This document shows positions 1-9,232 of a DNA stretch of 64,000 nucleotides, piece by piece. This DNA is from Vulcanimicrobiota bacterium (lineage in GTDB: Bacteria; Vulcanimicrobiota; Vulcanimicrobiia; Vulcanimicrobiales; Vulcanimicrobiaceae): positions 800,001 to 864,000 of the forward strand of contig OY970223.1 in NCBI GenBank assembly GCA_963714015.1, given 5' to 3'. Numbering within the stretch: position 1 is the stretch's first letter; each line of letters opens with the position of its first letter. Made by a program: the position numbers and the translations under genes. Below the pieces are notes generated by a model, which did not search any database, was not told where the DNA came from, and saw only the letters and a program-made list of their open reading frames with translations.

Positions 1-516
<516 letters not shown>

Positions 517-586
517 GTATCAGCACAATGGGCACGCGATCGTCGCTGCTCAGGATGATCGGAGTGCTGCCGCGAAGGTAAGCGGC

Positions 587-1642
587 ATGACCGGTGCTCC
601 GAGAATCGCTGCGGTCGCAACTGCCGTACCGCCTTACATATTAGAGCAAGATGACATCGCCCGCCGGGTGAAGGCGCAGTTCAGCAACAGCGCGGTCGTG
701 CAGCGGCTGTTGCCGGTGTTCGTCAATACGGGAATCGATCGCCGGTATTCGTGCGTGCCGATCGAGTGGTATTACGACTCGCACGGCTGGTCCGACCGCA
801 ACAGCATCTATCTGAAGTCTGCGGTCGACCTCTTGGAGCAGGCGACGGGCGAAGCGCTCCAGCAAGCCGGAAAGCGCGTGGAAGACGTCGACGCGATCGT
901 CGTCGTATCGACGACGGGAATCGCAACGCCGAGCCTTGACGCGCTGCTCGTGGAACGCCTGCCGTTCAAACGGACGGTGCGACGTTTGCCGATCTTCGGC
1001 TTGGGCTGTGCCGGCGGCGCGCTCGGCGTCGCTCGAGCGAGTGCGCTGGCTGCCGCCGAACCCGGTTCGACGGTGCTTCTGCTCGTTATCGAACTTTGTG
1101 CCCTCTCGTTCCGGCGGGACGACATTACCAAGAGCAACGTCGTCGCAACCGCGCTCTTCGGTGACGGCGCGGCGGCGATGGTCATATCCCATTCCGCCTC
1201 GGGTCCGGCAATTACGGCATCCGGCGAGTACCAATTTCCGCAGTCGCTCGACGTCATGGGTTGGGACGTTGCAGCGGACGGCCTGCGCGCGGTCTTCTCG
1301 CGCGACATTCCGCAATTGGTGCAAAGCGAACTGCGTCCGATCGTCGATGGCTTTCTATCATCACGCGGCATGACGCTGGATGACATCGATTGCGTGCTCT
1401 CGCATCCCGGCGGAACGAAAGTGATCGATGCGCTGGAAGACGCCTTCGGCATGGAGCGCGGAGCAATGGAAGATTCGCGGGTGGTGTTGCGCGAGTACGG
1501 CAACATGTCCGCCGTCACCGTCCTCTTCGTGCTGGCGCGCGCCCTCGATCGCGGCGCGCTGCACAACAGTGAGTGGCGCCGAGCGCTGCTCATGGCGATG
1601 GGGCCCGGGTTTACCGCGGGATTCGTTTTGCTTGAACGATGA
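587..1642 (+). CDS. Type III polyketide synthase (chalcone synthase-like, BpsA/SrsA type)
   Basis: Catalytic Cys in GLGCAGG, His in SHPGG, Asn in YGNMS; ALFGDGAAA and MGPGF motifs. Confidence 0.93.
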   Translation: MTGAPRIAAVATAVPPYILEQDDIARRVKAQFSNSAVVQRLLPVFVNTGIDRRYSCVPIEWYYDSHGWSDRNSIYLKSAVDLLEQATGEALQQAGKRVEDVDAIVVVSTTGIATPSLDALLVERLPFKRTVRRLPIFGLGCAGGALGVARASALAAAEPGSTVLLLVIELCALSFRRDDITKSNVVATALFGDGAAAMVISHSASGPAITASGEYQFPQSLDVMGWDVAADGLRAVFSRDIPQLVQSELRPIVDGFLSSRGMTLDDIDCVLSHPGGTKVIDALEDAFGMERGAMEDSRVVLREYGNMSAVTVLFVLARALDRGALHNSEWRRALLMAMGPGFTAGFVLLER

Positions 1643-2148
1643 TCCCGGCACTTTGGATCGTGCTCGCGATCGTCGCCGTGCAGCGAATCGGGGAACTGGT
1701 CTACGCGTCCCGCAATGCAAAAAATCTTTTGGCGAACGGCGGCGTCGAAATCGCTCCGCAGCAGCACGGGTATTTCGTGACGTTGCACGCCGCGTGGATC
1801 CTGTGCCTGCTCGTTTTCGTTCCGGCATGGACGACGCCGAGCTGGCCGCTGCTCGCGTTTTTTTTCGCGCTGCAAGCCGCGCGGGTGTGGATTATCGCCA
1901 CGCTCGGACGCTATTGGACGACGCGGATCGTCACCATGCCGAATGCGCCGCTCGTCCGCGAAGGCCCGTACCGCTGGGTGCGGCATCCGAACTACGTCGT
2001 AGTGACGCTGGAGATTGCATTGCTGCCGCTGGCGTTTCACCAGGCCGCGATAGCCGTGATCTTCAGCGCGCTCAACGCCGTGTTGATCGTATGGCGCGTG
2101 CGTGAAGAAGATCGCGCGCTGGAGGCACGGCGCAGCCGGACCGGGTAA
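1639..2148 (+). CDS. Isoprenylcysteine carboxyl methyltransferase family protein (BpsB/SrsB type)
   Basis: Hydrophobic; LGRYWTTRI, GPYRWVRHPNY and R..EEDRAL motifs; overlaps PKS stop codon. Confidence 0.9.
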   Translation: MIPALWIVLAIVAVQRIGELVYASRNAKNLLANGGVEIAPQQHGYFVTLHAAWILCLLVFVPAWTTPSWPLLAFFFALQAARVWIIATLGRYWTTRIVTMPNAPLVREGPYRWVRHPNYVVVTLEIALLPLAFHQAAIAVIFSALNAVLIVWRVREEDRALEARRSRTG

Positions 2149-2159
2149 AACCGTGCACG

Positions 2160-2822
2160 GTGCAGATCAGCAACGTTATTCATGCTGCTAAGGAGTCGCC
2201 GGCTCGTGTTGCGGAGGAGGTTGCGTCCGTCGTCTTCGCCGGTGGGCTCGTCATCTTTCCAACCGACACCGTCTACGGGATAGGCTGCGATCCGTTCGAC
2301 TTGGGCGCAATCGGGCGTATTTACGGAGCGAAGGAGCGGCCACAGCATAAGCCGCTATCGCTGCATGTGGCCAGTTTGGGTGAGTTTATGGAATATGCCC
2401 GGGACCGGCGCGAAGTCGTCGCAACCGCGCGGCGCCTCATGCCCGGACCGGTGACGATAATTATCCCAAAGCCTGCGTTTATCAGTTCGGAGGTGACTTC
2501 GGGCCTGCCGACATTGGGATTTCGCGTCCCCGACGATCCGCTCTGCTGCGCGATCCTGGAGCGGTGCGGACCGCTGGCGGCAACCAGCGCGAACCTCAGC
2601 GGCGAGCGCGCCTACTACGGAGCGGGCGACTGGGAGAAGCTTCCCCCGGCCGACCTCTTCATCGAAAACGGGCCGACGCGGCACCAGCGCGACTCGACGG
2701 TTATCGATATGACGGGGCCGCAGCCGACTGTGCTGCGCGAAGGGGTTGTGTCCATAGAGCGGCTAACCGAGCTGTTCGGGACCATCGGTCATCACGAATG
2801 GGCGATTCGAAAGAGGAAATGA
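2160..2822 (+). CDS. tsaC: L-threonylcarbamoyladenylate synthase (TsaC/Sua5/YrdC)
   Basis: FPTDTVYGIGC, K.RP..KPL, PGPVT, ATSANLSG and STVID..LREG motifs. Confidence 0.92.
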   Translation: MQISNVIHAAKESPARVAEEVASVVFAGGLVIFPTDTVYGIGCDPFDLGAIGRIYGAKERPQHKPLSLHVASLGEFMEYARDRREVVATARRLMPGPVTIIIPKPAFISSEVTSGLPTLGFRVPDDPLCCAILERCGPLAATSANLSGERAYYGAGDWEKLPPADLFIENGPTRHQRDSTVIDMTGPQPTVLREGVVSIERLTELFGTIGHHEWAIRKRK

Positions 2823-3433
2823 ACCTACGTATACTGCTTGCGCTGTTTGCGGTCGTCGCGCTCACCGGGCAGGCCCCCGCGCCTAGAACTACGCCGCGAG
2901 GACTCCCCACGCCGGCTCCGGCACCCGGTTCGCAGGCATCCAAAGCGCCGCAGCCGCCGCTTGCGCCGGGAAGTGCTCCATCCGCACCGCGTTCCGCCTC
3001 GGCGCCCTCGCCCAAACCGGGGACCGGTTTTTCGTTCGAAGACTGGCACGTCTCCACCGCGCAGCTCGACGCCAATTGGCAGACCGGCGCGTTCAACACG
3101 CCGACGAGCATCGTGCTTACCCGCACGGGAAGCACCATTACGGCCGATCGCGCTACGGGAAACTTCAAAACGCATCAAGCAAACCTCACCGGCCACGTCG
3201 TCGTTCACGACACGAACGGCGTGCTGACCAATTTCGCGGGACAAACGGGCCCGCACGTTCCGGCAACGCTTACGTGCGACAACCTCGACATCGATGGAAC
3301 GAAAAAGGCCTACGTCGCCACCGGTAACGTGCATTTCATTCAAGGAGGCAGTCAGGTGCGATCGCAGCGCGCCGTCATGGACGGCATCACGCACGAGATT
3401 CATTTGACGGGAAACGTGCAGCTGACGCAATGA
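2819..3433 (+). CDS. LptA/OstA-like beta-jellyroll exported protein
   Basis: ATG at 2819 overlaps tsaC stop; signal peptide, Pro-rich linker, ITADRA...LTGHV and ATGNVHFIQG...LTGNVQL repeats. Confidence 0.7.
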   Translation: MNLRILLALFAVVALTGQAPAPRTTPRGLPTPAPAPGSQASKAPQPPLAPGSAPSAPRSASAPSPKPGTGFSFEDWHVSTAQLDANWQTGAFNTPTSIVLTRTGSTITADRATGNFKTHQANLTGHVVVHDTNGVLTNFAGQTGPHVPATLTCDNLDIDGTKKAYVATGNVHFIQGGSQVRSQRAVMDGITHEIHLTGNVQLTQ

Positions 3434-4080
3434 TCCGATCGACGATGGCCCTGCTGCTCGTCTCGGCTGCCGCCATACTGCCGAAGGGGCCGCCGCACCC
3501 GTTGCCGCCGCGTCCCTCGCCCGGAGCGCCCGAGTGGAATCTGAAGACGACGCAGATGAACTCGAACATGCTCACCGGAGTCTTCTCCGCGCCGGAACAC
3601 GTGCTGCTGATGAGGGCCGACGGCTCGACGGTTAATGCAGATCGCGCGCTCGGAAACTACAAGCTGCACCAGGCTTCACTATACGGCCACGTCAACGTTC
3701 AGGATGCGGGCGGAACCTTCGGTCTGCGAAGCGCGTCGGCGGTTCAGGGACGCGGACCCGCAACGCTCACGTGCGACGAGCTCCATCTCGACGATGCGGC
3801 GCATACGTACGATGCAACCGGCAGCGTGCACTACGTACAGTCCGATACGACCATCGACGCCGACAAAGCGCATTTGAACGACCTCACCCATCAGCTGGAT
3901 CTGAGCGGGAAGGTGCACGTCGTCCAAGGCGATCGCACCTTGGACGCAGACAAAGCGACGTACAATACGGAAACCGGTCAGGGTCAATCCGAAGGCGACG
4001 TAACGATTGTGATGCCGGCGCCGAGTCCGTCGATAGCGACGCCGAAACCGATCAATATCAAACAGCCGAAGATCCCGTAG
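3430..4080 (+). CDS. LptA/OstA-like exported protein (paralog of upstream gene)
   Basis: Signal peptide; ADKA..LSGKVHVVQGDRTLDADKATYN OstA-type repeats; shares PATLTCD motif with upstream ORF. Confidence 0.75.
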   Translation: MIRSTMALLLVSAAAILPKGPPHPLPPRPSPGAPEWNLKTTQMNSNMLTGVFSAPEHVLLMRADGSTVNADRALGNYKLHQASLYGHVNVQDAGGTFGLRSASAVQGRGPATLTCDELHLDDAAHTYDATGSVHYVQSDTTIDADKAHLNDLTHQLDLSGKVHVVQGDRTLDADKATYNTETGQGQSEGDVTIVMPAPSPSIATPKPINIKQPKIP

Positions 4081-4090
4081 CGAACCTCGC

Positions 4091-5428
4091 ATGGAACCGA
4101 GCCTCTTCGAATCGGCATCCGAGGCGAGCGCGCCGCTGGCGGCGCGCATGCGCCCGCGCACGCTCGAGGAGTTCGTGGGTCAGCAGCACATCGTCGGTCC
4201 GGGACACGCACTTCGCCGTGCAATCGAAAACGACAACGTCCCCTCACTGATCCTCTGGGGTCCGCCGGGGACCGGAAAAACGACGCTGGCGGAGATCATC
4301 GCGCGCATGACCGGGGCGCATTTTGCGTCGATCTCGGCAGTGAGCGCAGGCGTTGCCGATTTGCGCAAAATCGTCGCCGAAGCGAAGCATCGGCGAACGC
4401 TCGGAAAACGCACGGTGCTCTTCATCGACGAAATCCACCGCTTCAACAAGGCGCAGCAGGACGCGGTCTTGCCCTACGTGGAGAACGGAACCGTCACGTT
4501 TATCGGGGCTACGACCGAGAATCCGTCGTTCGAAGTAAATTCGGCGCTGCTCTCCCGGTCGCGCGTGTTCGTTTTGAAAGCGCTGACCGACGAAGACGTC
4601 GGCGTCATCGTCGATCGTGCGCTCGCGGATCCGGATCGCGGCCTGGGCAAGCTCGGCGTCGACCTCGATCCGCAGGCACGATCGGCGCTGATCGCACTGG
4701 CGAATGGAGATGCGCGCAGCGCACTCGGAACGCTCGAATTCGCGGCAACCGCAGCGCCCGAAACGGACGGCCGGCGCGCCATCAGCGCACAACTCGTCGC
4801 CGATGCAATGCAGCGTCGCGCCGTTTCGTACGATAAGGGCGGAGATCAGCACTACGACGTCATCAGCGCGTTCATCAAGAGCATTCGCGGGAGCGATCCC
4901 GATGCGGCGATCTACTGGCTGGCGCGTATGCTCGACGCCGGCGAGGACCCATTATTCGTCGCTCGCCGCCTCGTCATTTTGTCCTCCGAAGACGTCGGAC
5001 TGGCCGATTCGCGCGCGTTGTCCGTTGCAATCGCAGCACAGCAGGCGGTGCATTTCGTCGGCATGCCCGAGGGATTTTTTCCGCTGGCGCATGCAACGCT
5101 TTACCTTGCGACCGCGCCGAAGAGCAACAGCGTTGGACGCGCGTACGGCGCGGCAATGGAAGACGTGGAGGGTACACGCAACGAATCCGTGCCGCTGCAC
5201 TTACGCAACGCGCCGACCGCGTTGATGAAGAACTTAGGATACGGTCGCGATTACGAGTACGCGCATGCAAGCGAGCGCTACAAGAGCGCGCAAGGGGACG
5301 TTCCGCCGCCGGAGCGCCTGCAGGCGTACTTGCCGGAGAACCTGCGGGATCGTGTTTACTACGAACCGGGCAGCCAAGGCGAAGAGTACCGCTTGACCGA
5401 GTGGATAAAAAAGAGGCGGTCCGAATGA
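4091..5428 (+). CDS. rarA: Replication-associated recombination protein A (RarA/MgsA AAA+ ATPase)
   Basis: PLAARMRP, Walker A GPPGTGKT, FIDEIHRFNKAQQD, GATTENPSF, SAFIKSIRGSDPDAA, VPLHLRNAPT. Confidence 0.96.
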   Translation: MEPSLFESASEASAPLAARMRPRTLEEFVGQQHIVGPGHALRRAIENDNVPSLILWGPPGTGKTTLAEIIARMTGAHFASISAVSAGVADLRKIVAEAKHRRTLGKRTVLFIDEIHRFNKAQQDAVLPYVENGTVTFIGATTENPSFEVNSALLSRSRVFVLKALTDEDVGVIVDRALADPDRGLGKLGVDLDPQARSALIALANGDARSALGTLEFAATAAPETDGRRAISAQLVADAMQRRAVSYDKGGDQHYDVISAFIKSIRGSDPDAAIYWLARMLDAGEDPLFVARRLVILSSEDVGLADSRALSVAIAAQQAVHFVGMPEGFFPLAHATLYLATAPKSNSVGRAYGAAMEDVEGTRNESVPLHLRNAPTALMKNLGYGRDYEYAHASERYKSAQGDVPPPERLQAYLPENLRDRVYYEPGSQGEEYRLTEWIKKRRSE

Positions 5429-5543
5429 TCGAACCGCCTTATCCGTTGCTACTTCTCGGAGTTTTGTGCAATGGAGCTTCGCACAAACACATCCTAAAAC
5501 CGCATACTGAGAATGACCTGGGACTTCACCCCGGGACGGTAAC

Positions 5544-6705
5544 GTGAATCGGATCTATTTGGACAACGCGGCGACGACGAGCATACGCCCGGAAGTGCTC
5601 GAAGCGATGCTTCCGTTTTTTTCGGAGCGCGGATACAATCCCAGTTCCGTCCATGCCGAGGGCCGCGCCGCCCGAGCGGCACTCGACGAGGCGCGCGAAC
5701 GCGTCGCGCGCTGCATCGGCGCCCGTTCCGAAGGAAATCGTTTTTACCGCCGGCGGTTCGGAGGCGGACAACTTGGCGCTGCTCGGAGTCGCGGGAGCCG
5801 CGCCTTCAGAGTCTCGATTCGTCAGTACCTCCATCGAGCATCATGCGGTTCTCCACGCGCTCGATGCGCTGCGGGATAGAGGCGCCGGCGTTGAGATTCT
5901 CCCGGTGGACTCGGAGGGCCGGCTCGACGCTTCGGTGTTCGAGCGCGCGCTTACGCCCGGCACGCGGCTGGCCTCCGTAATGTACGTGAACAACGAGCTG
6001 GGCACGGTAGCGCCCATCGCTCGTTTGGCCGCCGTCGCCCGCAAGCGAGGCGTGCTTTTTCACAGCGACGCCGTCCAGGCCGCGGCGTACCTGCCTATCG
6101 ACGTCCGCGAGCTGGGGGTTGACCTGCTTTCGATAGCGGCGCACAAGTTCTACGGTCCCAAGGGCGTCGGGGTGCTCTACGTGCGCGACGGGACGCCGCT
6201 TGCGCCGATGCTCCGCGGGGGTTCCCAGGAGTACGGCCGGCGCGCGGGGACCGAGAATCTCGCCGGTATCGCGGGGCTGGCTTGCGCCCTTGAATTAGCG
6301 CTCGACGAGCGGACCAAAGCCGCGGCCCGCGTAGGCACGCTCAGGGATTCGCTCGAGGGGGCCGTCAGCCGCATCGCGGGCGCCCGCGTCAACGGCGCGA
6401 ACGTTCCCCGCGCGCCCCATATTTCCAACGTGAGCTTCCTCGGCGTCGAGTCCGAGCAACTGCTGCTGCGGCTCGATTTGGACGGAATCGCCGTCTCGGC
6501 CGGCAGCGCTTGCGCGTCGGGTGCCGTCGAACCCAGCCACGTCATTGCCGCCCTCGGTCTGCCGTCCGAGTGGACGCGCGGCGTGATACGCTTTTCCCTG
6601 GGACGAACCACGTCCGAAAGCGATATCGATCGTACGGCGAAGGTCCTCGAGCGAGCCGTCTCGGACTTGCGATCGATCTCCGAGGTTTCGCCTGCTTTTA
6701 GATAA
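5544..6705 (+). CDS. iscS: Cysteine desulfurase (IscS/NifS type), one frameshift near 5725
   Basis: IYLDNAATT..YNPSSVH in ORF 5544; EIVFT.GGSEADN, HSDAVQ, AHKFYGPKG and SAGSACASG in ORF 5653 frame. Confidence 0.88.
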
Positions 6706-6818
6706 CCAAGCGGCTGGGAATAGTTTGTTCACGCTTCCAACGCGGAAGCTACGACTTTTTCCCGCGGGATGGAGGCCGGCGCGTCCGGTCTTGAGCGACT
6801 AGTAAGGGGACGAAGGGA

Positions 6819-7229
6819 TTGAGCACAGGTTTGGATTGGTCCGCGTTTCTCGACGTACTCGCAGGCGTCGGAGCGTTTTTGGCGGGTCTTGGGATTTTTG
6901 TCGCAATGGCTGCCTTGGCGCGAACGCTGCGCCGGCTCGACAAAACCCTCGACGGTCTTGACGAACAGGTGGCAGCTTTGGGTAAGCCTGTTAGCGAAAC
7001 GCTCGCGCACGTCGGCGGTATCGCGGATACGGCCGATCAAACGATTGCGCGTTTATCCGGAGTCGTCGGATCGCTCGAACAGATCTCGGGCTCTCTCGCA
7101 CAGGGCGCAAAGATCACGCAAGAGGCCATGACTCCGGCGATTGTCAACGCGGGCGCGACGCTGGGCGGCATCACCGCGGGACTTCGCCGCCTGGTTCGCG
7201 GCGAAAAGGGAACGGGAGAGAACGCATGA
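6819..7229 (+). CDS. DUF948/YoxC-like membrane-anchored coiled-coil protein
   Basis: N-terminal TM followed by heptad helix; precedes YtxH-like gene as in known general-stress operons. Confidence 0.65.
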   Translation: MSTGLDWSAFLDVLAGVGAFLAGLGIFVAMAALARTLRRLDKTLDGLDEQVAALGKPVSETLAHVGGIADTADQTIARLSGVVGSLEQISGSLAQGAKITQEAMTPAIVNAGATLGGITAGLRRLVRGEKGTGENA

Positions 7230-7609
7230 GCGAGAGCGGCAACGAGCGGAGAGAGGGCGGCGGGGGATTCTTCGCCGGTTTTCTGCTCGGCGCCATAGTG
7301 GGCGCAGCACTCGCTTATTTCATCACGCAAGAGGAAGCGCGCGACGTTCTTCTGGGCAAGGCGCGCGAAGCCGGGAACTTGGCAATGGACGCAACCGGCG
7401 ATCTTCGCGGCCGCGTCTCGGAAGCCGCAACGACGATCCAGACCAATGCCGCCGACCTGTACGCCCGCGGAAAAACCGTCGTGGACAACGCCCGCACCAA
7501 CGTCGACGCCGCCGTCGAGGAAGGCCGCTCCACGGCGGATCAATTACGGACGGACCTGAACCGGCAGTCATCGCCATCACCATCACCATCGCAGACCTCG
7601 GAGTCTTAG
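7226..7609 (+). CDS. YtxH-domain general stress protein
   Basis: FFAGFLLGAIVGAALA TM motif followed by amphipathic helices. Confidence 0.75.
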   Translation: MSESGNERREGGGGFFAGFLLGAIVGAALAYFITQEEARDVLLGKAREAGNLAMDATGDLRGRVSEAATTIQTNAADLYARGKTVVDNARTNVDAAVEEGRSTADQLRTDLNRQSSPSPSPSQTSES

Positions 7610-7617
7610 GAGTAAGT

Positions 7618-7962
7618 GTGGACATCAAAGTAAACGTAAGGGAATCGCAGGGCGACACGTACGTCGTCGATCTGAACGGAGAGATCGACGTGTATACGTC
7701 ACCGAAGGTCAAGGATGCGATCGGAGACCTCATCGACAAGGGACACTACAATCTCGTGATCAACCTCGAGAAAGTACGCTATATCGACTCGACCGGATTG
7801 GGCGTCTTAATCGGCGGTCTCAAGCGCGTGCGCGAGCATGGGGGAACCGTCAATTTGGTCTGCACGAACCCGCAGATCAAAAAGATCTTCGACATAACCG
7901 GACTGGTGAAAATCTTCGGAATCTACGACGATGAGGATTCTGCCATGAAGGCGCTTGTGTGA
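7618..7962 (+). CDS. rsbV: Anti-sigma factor antagonist (STAS domain, RsbV type)
   Basis: GTG start after AGGAG; GEIDVYT and YIDSTGLGVL phospho-Ser motif, IFDITGL. Confidence 0.92.
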   Translation: MDIKVNVRESQGDTYVVDLNGEIDVYTSPKVKDAIGDLIDKGHYNLVINLEKVRYIDSTGLGVLIGGLKRVREHGGTVNLVCTNPQIKKIFDITGLVKIFGIYDDEDSAMKALV

Positions 7963-8390
7963 ACCAGCCTCTCGCCCAGTCGAACCGTTCAATGGCCGTC
8001 GTGGAGTTGCGCATTCCCAGTAAGGCCGAGTGGGTCGCCGTCGCCCGCTTGGCCGTCGCCGCCGTAGCCAACCGGCTGAACTTTTCTATCGAAGACATCG
8101 AAGACGTCAAACTCGCCGTCGCGGAAGCGTGCACGAACTGCATACAGCACGCTCACGGGAGCGATCAAATCGAGATCACGTGTGAAACCGAATCGGACTC
8201 CCTGACGGTGCGGGTGCGCGATTACGGGTGCGGCACGCGGCCCGAGGTCGTCGCTTCACGCCATGCCGACGAACCGCGCGTCGGCGGCCTTGGCGTCTTT
8301 CTGATTCGGTCGCTCATGGATTCCGTCGAATACGACGTGCATCCGGAACGCGGCACGAATCTCGTCATGACGAAAAAAGTAACGAACTAG
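7959..8390 (+). CDS. rsbW: Anti-sigma factor Ser kinase (RsbW type)
   Basis: IEDVKLAVAEACTN, VRDYG, GGLGVFLIRSLMD and GT.LVMTK HATPase motifs. Confidence 0.92.
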   Translation: MNQPLAQSNRSMAVVELRIPSKAEWVAVARLAVAAVANRLNFSIEDIEDVKLAVAEACTNCIQHAHGSDQIEITCETESDSLTVRVRDYGCGTRPEVVASRHADEPRVGGLGVFLIRSLMDSVEYDVHPERGTNLVMTKKVTN

Positions 8391-9178
8391 TGCAACAGCA
8401 CGCAGACGACGAACGCTGGGATCGGCAAAAGACCCGCGAAGCTTTCGCACGCTTTGCCGATGCCAAAAAGGATCCGCACAACTCCGAGTACGATCGTCTG
8501 CGCAGCGAATTGGTCGTTGCGCACCTCAACTTGGTGCGTTATCTCGCCGTCAAGTTCGCCAATCGCGGCGAGGCGCTCGACGACCTCATTCAAGTGGGAA
8601 CGGTCGGATTGCTCAAAGCGATCGACCGGTTCGATTTAGAGCGCGGCGTAGAGTTCACAACGTACGCGACGCCGACCATCGTCGGTGAAATCAAGCGCTA
8701 TTTCCGCGACAAAGGCTGGGCCGTAAAGGTACCGCGCCGGCTTCAAGAACTCAATTTGGCCGTTAACCGCGCTATCGAGAAACTCTCGGTAAAGATGGGC
8801 CGAAGCCCGACCGTCGGGGAGCTGGCCGAGCATCTGAACGCTACCGAAGAAGACATCCTCGAAGCCCAGGAGCTGGGCCAGGCGTACAACCTGCTCTCGC
8901 TGGACACCGAACTCTCCGGCGAAGGCGACAAGAAGTCGCAGACGCTGGCCGACTACATCGGCACCACGGACGCGGGACTGGCGCTGCTCGAGGACAAGGC
9001 CAATCTCGAGCGGGCGTTCGAGGTGCTCACCGGGCGCGAACGCGTCATTCTCTATCTGCGATTCTACGAGAGCGTCTCGCAGACCGAGATCGCCAAACGC
9101 CTGAACGTCTCGCAGATGCACGTCTCCCGGCTCCAGCAGAAAGCGCTCGAAAAACTCCGGCACGTCCTCCAGGAGTAG
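8390..9178 (+). CDS. sigB: SigB/SigF-family alternative sigma factor
   Basis: DDLIQVG.VGLLKAIDRFD, FTTYATPTIVGEIKRYFRDKGW.VKVPRR, SQTEIA..L.VSQMHVSRL; follows rsbV-rsbW. Confidence 0.9.
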   Translation: MQQHADDERWDRQKTREAFARFADAKKDPHNSEYDRLRSELVVAHLNLVRYLAVKFANRGEALDDLIQVGTVGLLKAIDRFDLERGVEFTTYATPTIVGEIKRYFRDKGWAVKVPRRLQELNLAVNRAIEKLSVKMGRSPTVGELAEHLNATEEDILEAQELGQAYNLLSLDTELSGEGDKKSQTLADYIGTTDAGLALLEDKANLERAFEVLTGRERVILYLRFYESVSQTEIAKRLNVSQMHVSRLQQKALEKLRHVLQE

Positions 9179-9232
9179 CAGCCGCCCCAGGCAGGCAAAG
9201 GCCGTCTCCTGGCACTAATTACGAGCCATCCC

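Noticed and set aside
808..2040. Long antisense ORFs such as 808-2040 (-), 15760-16788 (+), 43806-44843 (-), 59645-60733 (-)
   Set aside because: Shadow frames of well-supported genes in GC-rich DNA.
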